Origin: Candidatus Hermodarchaeota archaeon
GTDB taxonomy: Archaea > Asgardarchaeota > Heimdallarchaeia > Hodarchaeales > Hodarchaeaceae
Direction of reading: 5' to 3'
NCBI GenBank assembly: GCA_048886185.1
Contig: JBHLKY010000017.1
Location: forward strand, 85,837-117,836
DNA: 32,000 nucleotides
The stretch's first letter is position 1. The number at the start of each line of letters is the position of its first letter. A program made the position numbers and the translations under genes. Of the stretch, positions 27,461-32,000 are shown in pieces. The notes beneath the pieces are model-generated. The model searched no databases, was not told where the DNA came from, and saw only the letters and a list, made by a program, of their open reading frames with translations.

Positions 27461-28255
27461 TTGGTATTTCTAATGACTATATCTAATCTCCTAATCGCCA
27501 TCCTTCAGGGTTTGACAAAATATCCAAAGATTGGTACAACTCTAGCATCATTTTTCGGATCACTTGAAGTTCCTATTCTCGAATTCAGACGAAAATTTGA
27601 TAAATTTATTCTCCCTGGGTTTTATAACAGTACCATTCCCCTTTTCAATACGATCTATGGAAGTAGAATCATTCCCCTTAACATAAACCTTCAGCATACT
27701 AAACAAATTCTCGCAACAGAAGAAATTTCCGAGATAATTGACCGAATGCCTATTGTGGCTATTGGTTATTGTTATTGTCGTTCTACTTATCAAAAGTGTG
27801 ATAACTCGGTATGGACCTGTATTCACATTGGGATGGGGAAGCGATTGAAAGATTTATCAAATAAAATTCCAATGAAAACAATAACCAAAGAACAAGCGAA
27901 AAAGATTGTCTCAAAAGCTGATAAACAGGGACTAGTACATCAATTAATTACTGCTCCAACTTCTGAATACTTTTACGTGATATGTAACTGCTGTCCATGC
28001 TGTTGTATCATGTTGAAAGCAATTAAGCAATATGGAAAATTACCATCAATAATTGCCAGTAATTTCATTGCTCATCAAGATGGTGATAAGTGCACCGACT
28101 GCGGAAAGTGTATCAATCGATGTTATTTTGGTGCTAGGTACTTCAGCGATAATAAATTATTCTATGATTCCTCAAAATGCTTAGGTTGTGGATTATGTAT
28201 TTCAGTATGTCCAGAAGATGTTATTAGATTACTACGAAGAAATAAAACACAATAA
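27461..28255 (+). CDS. 4Fe-4S dicluster-domain protein
   Basis: CYCR..C..C, ICNCCPCCC, CTDCGKCINRC, CLGCGLCISVCP; likely start ATG 27473. Confidence 0.9.
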   Translation: MVFLMTISNLLIAILQGLTKYPKIGTTLASFFGSLEVPILEFRRKFDKFILPGFYNSTIPLFNTIYGSRIIPLNINLQHTKQILATEEISEIIDRMPIVAIGYCYCRSTYQKCDNSVWTCIHIGMGKRLKDLSNKIPMKTITKEQAKKIVSKADKQGLVHQLITAPTSEYFYVICNCCPCCCIMLKAIKQYGKLPSIIASNFIAHQDGDKCTDCGKCINRCYFGARYFSDNKLFYDSSKCLGCGLCISVCPEDVIRLLRRNKTQ

Positions 28256-28285
28256 ATCATCATTGAACAGCCTTATACTTTTCTA

Positions 28286-28738
28286 TCAAGAAAATGTTTT
28301 TAAATATAACAACACTGTTTCATCGCTTTTAAATAAATCAGGAATCTCTGCTACTTTTTTAAACTTAAATTTACAGAAAATGTGCTGAGTCACTTCATCT
28401 TTTCTATCAATGAATAGAAAGACTGAATGAAGAGGATGGATCTTTTTCTCAATTTCAAGTAAAGCTTTCTTTACTAGTTGTGTACCCATTCCTTTATTTC
28501 GAAAGCTATCTCGTATGAAGAGTTCTTCAAATTCTACAACTCCCAATCCAGGATCCTCCTTCACATACCACTGAATAATCCCAATAAAATGTTCATCAAC
28601 AAACATTAATAGAGAGTAATTATGTTCTATAAAACAATCGACTCTTTTTTCCTGAAATACTTTATTTCTATAGTGGTTAAAATGATGAATTAATAGCTCC
28701 CGATCTGCTTTACCCGCAAGTCTAAATTTTGTCTTCAT
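28286..28738 (-). CDS. GNAT acetyltransferase
   Basis: EELFIRDSFRNKGMGTQL acetyl-CoA binding motif. Confidence 0.88.
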   Translation of the reverse strand: MKTKFRLAGKADRELLIHHFNHYRNKVFQEKRVDCFIEHNYSLLMFVDEHFIGIIQWYVKEDPGLGVVEFEELFIRDSFRNKGMGTQLVKKALLEIEKKIHPLHSVFLFIDRKDEVTQHIFCKFKFKKVAEIPDLFKSDETVLLYLKTFS

Positions 28739-29120
28739 AATGGATTGACTCTTGCATTTCTTTATAAGAATGAATTAAAATAAATTTATTTTTAATGCTG
28801 ATGAAAAACCAAAAAAAGATCATAACTGGTTCCAAACAGAGTTTCAGCAAAATTTACGCCAATAAATAAATTCAGAAACTGTTTAAAGAACTTTCTCATA
28901 GTAATAAATTATTTAATGGCAATACAAAGGTAGATAAGCATTTAGTCTATTACTAAATGGCAAATAGAAATTCTAAAGACAGGAAGGAGGATTATACTGT
29001 AAAGAAAAAGAAATATTTTACCCCTAAAATTTCCATAGTTGCAGTAAAGTCAGAGTTTTTATATAGTAGTGGTTTAACCCAAGTAATTATTGATAAAAAT
29101 AAAAAATTGAGGATTGAAGT

Positions 29121-30071
29121 ATGAGCGAGGAAAACTATCAACAAATTCGTCAAAAATTACAAGAAAGTTTTGAAAATCAAGAAATGGAAAATGGATTGAA
29201 GATTGCGATGGAAATTAAGGAGAAATTCCCTAAACATGCGAATGCTGCATATTTCAATTTAGCTTATTTTCAAGCATTACTAAATTTAGAGGAGAAAATG
29301 GTTGAAACATTGGAAGAAGGATATAAGAAAGGATTATGGTGGTCAGAATCATCCATCAGTATGTTTCCTAATTATGATCAGCTATGCAGCAACACACATT
29401 TCAACCTAGTGATAAAAAAATATTTGGATCGTTATAGGAAAATTAGAGAATCTACTAAATATAAATGGGTTGTTCAGATTCCTAAGAATTACGATTCGAC
29501 AAATAAGTACCCAGTATTTTTTGCACTCCATCAAGGAACTAGTAATATTGAAGAAACTGAACATCAGTGGAAATCAGCATTAGAATATGACATCATACTA
29601 GCTTTACCTCAATCATCGGAGATAGTTGAACCAAACAAATTCACTTGGCTAGATATAGACAGTGGTTTAAGAGATTTGAATAAAATATATTCAGAAATTA
29701 TTGACAAATATCAAATTGATTTAAATCGCATTTTTTTATCCGGTTCCTCGATTGGTGGTACATTGGCGTTAGAAGCTACTTTTGCACGTCCACAATTTCC
29801 AGTCAAAGGATGTATTGCAATCAATCCCTCTTTGTTTCAACCTGATGTCATTTCACGAAATTTTGAGAGAGCCAGGAAAGACGGGGTCAGGTGTTGTATA
29901 TTAGTAGGATCAAAAGACCCAGAGTATGAAAAAATAAAAGAGCTACGGATTCTATTAATCCAGAATAAAATTGAACATAACTTTTATGAGATTCCAGAAT
30001 TGGGTCATGCGTTTCCAGAGAATTTTAATGAATTATTAGACGAGATGTTGGATTTCTTACTTAATCAATAA
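29121..30071 (+). CDS. TPR-like N-terminal domain + alpha/beta hydrolase (phospholipase/carboxylesterase-like)
   Basis: YFNLAYFQALL...LEEGYKKGLWW helical region; ALHQG, LALPQS, LSGSSIGG, GSKD, LGHAFP. Confidence 0.8.
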   Translation: MSEENYQQIRQKLQESFENQEMENGLKIAMEIKEKFPKHANAAYFNLAYFQALLNLEEKMVETLEEGYKKGLWWSESSISMFPNYDQLCSNTHFNLVIKKYLDRYRKIRESTKYKWVVQIPKNYDSTNKYPVFFALHQGTSNIEETEHQWKSALEYDIILALPQSSEIVEPNKFTWLDIDSGLRDLNKIYSEIIDKYQIDLNRIFLSGSSIGGTLALEATFARPQFPVKGCIAINPSLFQPDVISRNFERARKDGVRCCILVGSKDPEYEKIKELRILLIQNKIEHNFYEIPELGHAFPENFNELLDEMLDFLLNQ

Positions 30072-30075
30072 TCCA

Positions 30076-31563
30076 CTATTGACTCTTCAGCAAATCATGT
30101 CCAATTCTTAATATTGCTTTAATTAATACATCAAAGTCTTCTCTTCGACTTCTATGATTTGTGATTGCGACACGAAGAGAATATTTATTATCAATCATGG
30201 TATAAGACGGGGCAGCAATCCCACTCTCGTGTAATCTCATTAAAATTTCTTTGTTCGTGTAGTTTAACTCCGAATTATTAAGTCCATCTGCGATGAATCT
30301 AAAACATACAATATTTAATGATACAGGTGCTAAAATCTCCAGTTCAGTAGAACTTTGAATTAATTTTGCTAAATATTGTGCTTGTTCAACATTTTGCTGG
30401 ATAAGTCTCCCATATTTTTTGATACCATGTTCCTTAATTCCCATCCAAACTTTCAAAGCTCTGAATCCACGGGTCATTTGGACACCATAGTCAAGATACC
30501 ATTTCTCTCCACTTCCAATTCCTCGTGAGTGATGAGTTAGGTAGTCTGAACTTGCTGTGTATGCGAATGTTTTTTTATGATCTTCTTCACTTCTAACTAA
30601 TACGCATCCTACTTCAATAGGCATGTACATCCATTTATGAAGGTCAAAAGCCAAAGAATCAGCTCTATTCATACCTTTGACCATCGATTTTAGCCTAGGA
30701 GACAATATTGTTAAAGCCCCAAATGCTCCATCAATATGAAACCACATGTTCTCCTCTTCACAGATATTTGCTAACATATCTAAATCGTCAAATGCACCTG
30801 TATTAACGGTGCCCGCATTACCAATAATACATACCGGCTGGTAATAATTGTCACGATCTTCTAAAATACATTCCTTTAACTTTGCAATATTAATTTGAAA
30901 TTTCTCATTCACAGGGATTTTACGAAATGCATCGCTACCTAGTCCTAATATCTCAATCGCTTTTGGATTAGAAAGATGTGTTTCTTCTGAACTGTAAAAG
31001 GTCATATTTTGAAATGATTTTAACCCCAGTTTTTTAATATCATATCTGGCCATAATATTACGAGCCACTGTTAAGCCAATTAAATTTGCCATTGATCCCC
31101 CACTTACTAACAACCCACTAGCTGTACTTGGAAACCCCATTATCTCTTTAAACCAATTTATTACTTGCGTTTCAACATAATTAGCAGCATGTTCAGCTCC
31201 TCCAAGATGTGGGTTCATTCCTGTGGCTAACATCTCAGCTAGCATCCCTAAAGGAGTTCCAGTGCCGACTACCCAACCCCAAAACCGGGGGTGAATATTA
31301 CCCGTGGGAAAGGGGAGGATTTTTTCTACAAAATCTTGATATATTTCTTCTACTCCCTCTGGATCTGTTGGTATAGGTTTCCTGAAAAATTCCTTAATTG
31401 AGTCTGGAATTTGTTGCCAAACAGGACGCTCACGAACGTTTTCCAAATAATTCATCATATCTATTACCATTCGACAACCTAAATCCTTCATTTGGTCCCA
31501 ATCAGCAGGATCAAGTGTTTCCTCTTCTACTTTAACATCCTTGAAATTACTAGTGTTTTCCAT
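30076..31563 (-). CDS. Group II PLP-dependent amino acid decarboxylase (aromatic-L-amino-acid decarboxylase-like)
   Basis: IHPRFWGWV, SGGSMANL, AGTVNTGAFD, HIDGAFG, PLP lysine DLHKW, LNIVCFRF, LRVAITNHR. Confidence 0.93.
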   Translation of the reverse strand: MENTSNFKDVKVEEETLDPADWDQMKDLGCRMVIDMMNYLENVRERPVWQQIPDSIKEFFRKPIPTDPEGVEEIYQDFVEKILPFPTGNIHPRFWGWVVGTGTPLGMLAEMLATGMNPHLGGAEHAANYVETQVINWFKEIMGFPSTASGLLVSGGSMANLIGLTVARNIMARYDIKKLGLKSFQNMTFYSSEETHLSNPKAIEILGLGSDAFRKIPVNEKFQINIAKLKECILEDRDNYYQPVCIIGNAGTVNTGAFDDLDMLANICEEENMWFHIDGAFGALTILSPRLKSMVKGMNRADSLAFDLHKWMYMPIEVGCVLVRSEEDHKKTFAYTASSDYLTHHSRGIGSGEKWYLDYGVQMTRGFRALKVWMGIKEHGIKKYGRLIQQNVEQAQYLAKLIQSSTELEILAPVSLNIVCFRFIADGLNNSELNYTNKEILMRLHESGIAAPSYTMIDNKYSLRVAITNHRSRREDFDVLIKAILRIGHDLLKSQ

Positions 31564-31943
31564 TATTTTTCCTCCAAATGGGATTCACATCAGCTAAGGT
31601 AGCCATTTAATAAATCTTGCGAAAAATGCTATCATTAAATCTAAGTTAGAGAATAATTCCAAAGAAACATTGGATATGGAAAGCCTAAGTAATCTCCTAG
31701 GAGGAAGTCTTTTCATTCTTTTTTCTTCTCAATTAGCCTGAAGACTTCTGATGTCGTTTAACGTTGGATATAACTGGTTTTTTATATAAAACGTGATATA
31801 AAATGTCAAATAACATACGATAAGTTGCTAAATTTGTGAATGTTAGACTCATATCAAATAGAGGAACAAGCATTATATATTATATCTCAGATTATACTGG
31901 ATACAATTCTTACTCAACAGAATAAAGAGAGCAGACACCGAAA

Positions 31944-32000
31944 ATGCTGGCAAAGACCCTTAAAGACCTCTATGAGAACGGTAAGTATCAGGAAGTCCTA
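31944..32000 (+). CDS. Start of a CDS truncated by the window edge, possibly TPR-type
   Basis: MLAKTLKDLYENGKYQEVL... open to the window end. Confidence 0.5.
   Translation, partial: MLAKTLKDLYENGKYQEVL

Noticed and set aside
28286-31563. Biogenic-amine pathway (decarboxylase + GNAT N-acetyltransferase)
   Set aside because: The genes are separated by an oppositely oriented hydrolase, and substrate specificity cannot be read from sequence.
31564-31943. Short open frames (~40-45 codons) on both strands upstream of the decarboxylase; TATA-like TTTTATATAAA near 31780
   Set aside because: No recognisable product, and TATA-like strings are frequent in this AT-rich DNA, so they cannot be assigned without TSS data.
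1-32000. tRNA, rRNA, CRISPR array
   Set aside because: No GC-rich structured segments and no regularly spaced repeat-spacer arrays were seen.

Overview
AT-rich (roughly one-third GC by eye), gene-dense prokaryotic window, most likely from an Asgard archaeon (Heimdallarchaeia/Hodarchaeales-like). This placement is an inference from a longin-type protein and many Ser/Thr-stalked surface proteins with C-terminal TM+basic tails. About 27 intact or edge-truncated CDS are present: TrmO, GyrI-like, ArsC, tandem metallophosphoesterase, several alpha/beta hydrolases, GNATs, HAD, type IA topoisomerase, 4Fe-4S protein, group II PLP decarboxylase, two wHTH regulators and six anchored surface proteins. 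Several gene remnants are also present. I see no rRNA, tRNA, CRISPR array, transposase or integrase, and no single clearly new multi-gene system can be established from sequence alone. The best leads are: (1) a ~2 kb tandem duplication of an Asp-box beta-propeller surface gene with decayed flanking genes, where each copy is bracketed by a ~19-20 bp direct repeat suggestive of cassette-like insertion; (2) a predicted longin+roadblock fusion; (3) an ArsR-type regulator fused to a B-box-like zinc finger; (4) a coiled-coil ORF split by one in-frame TGA; (5) three domains with substituted cofactor ligands (phosphoesterase domain 2, DOMON, MBL). All family calls come from motif recognition; no database searches were run.
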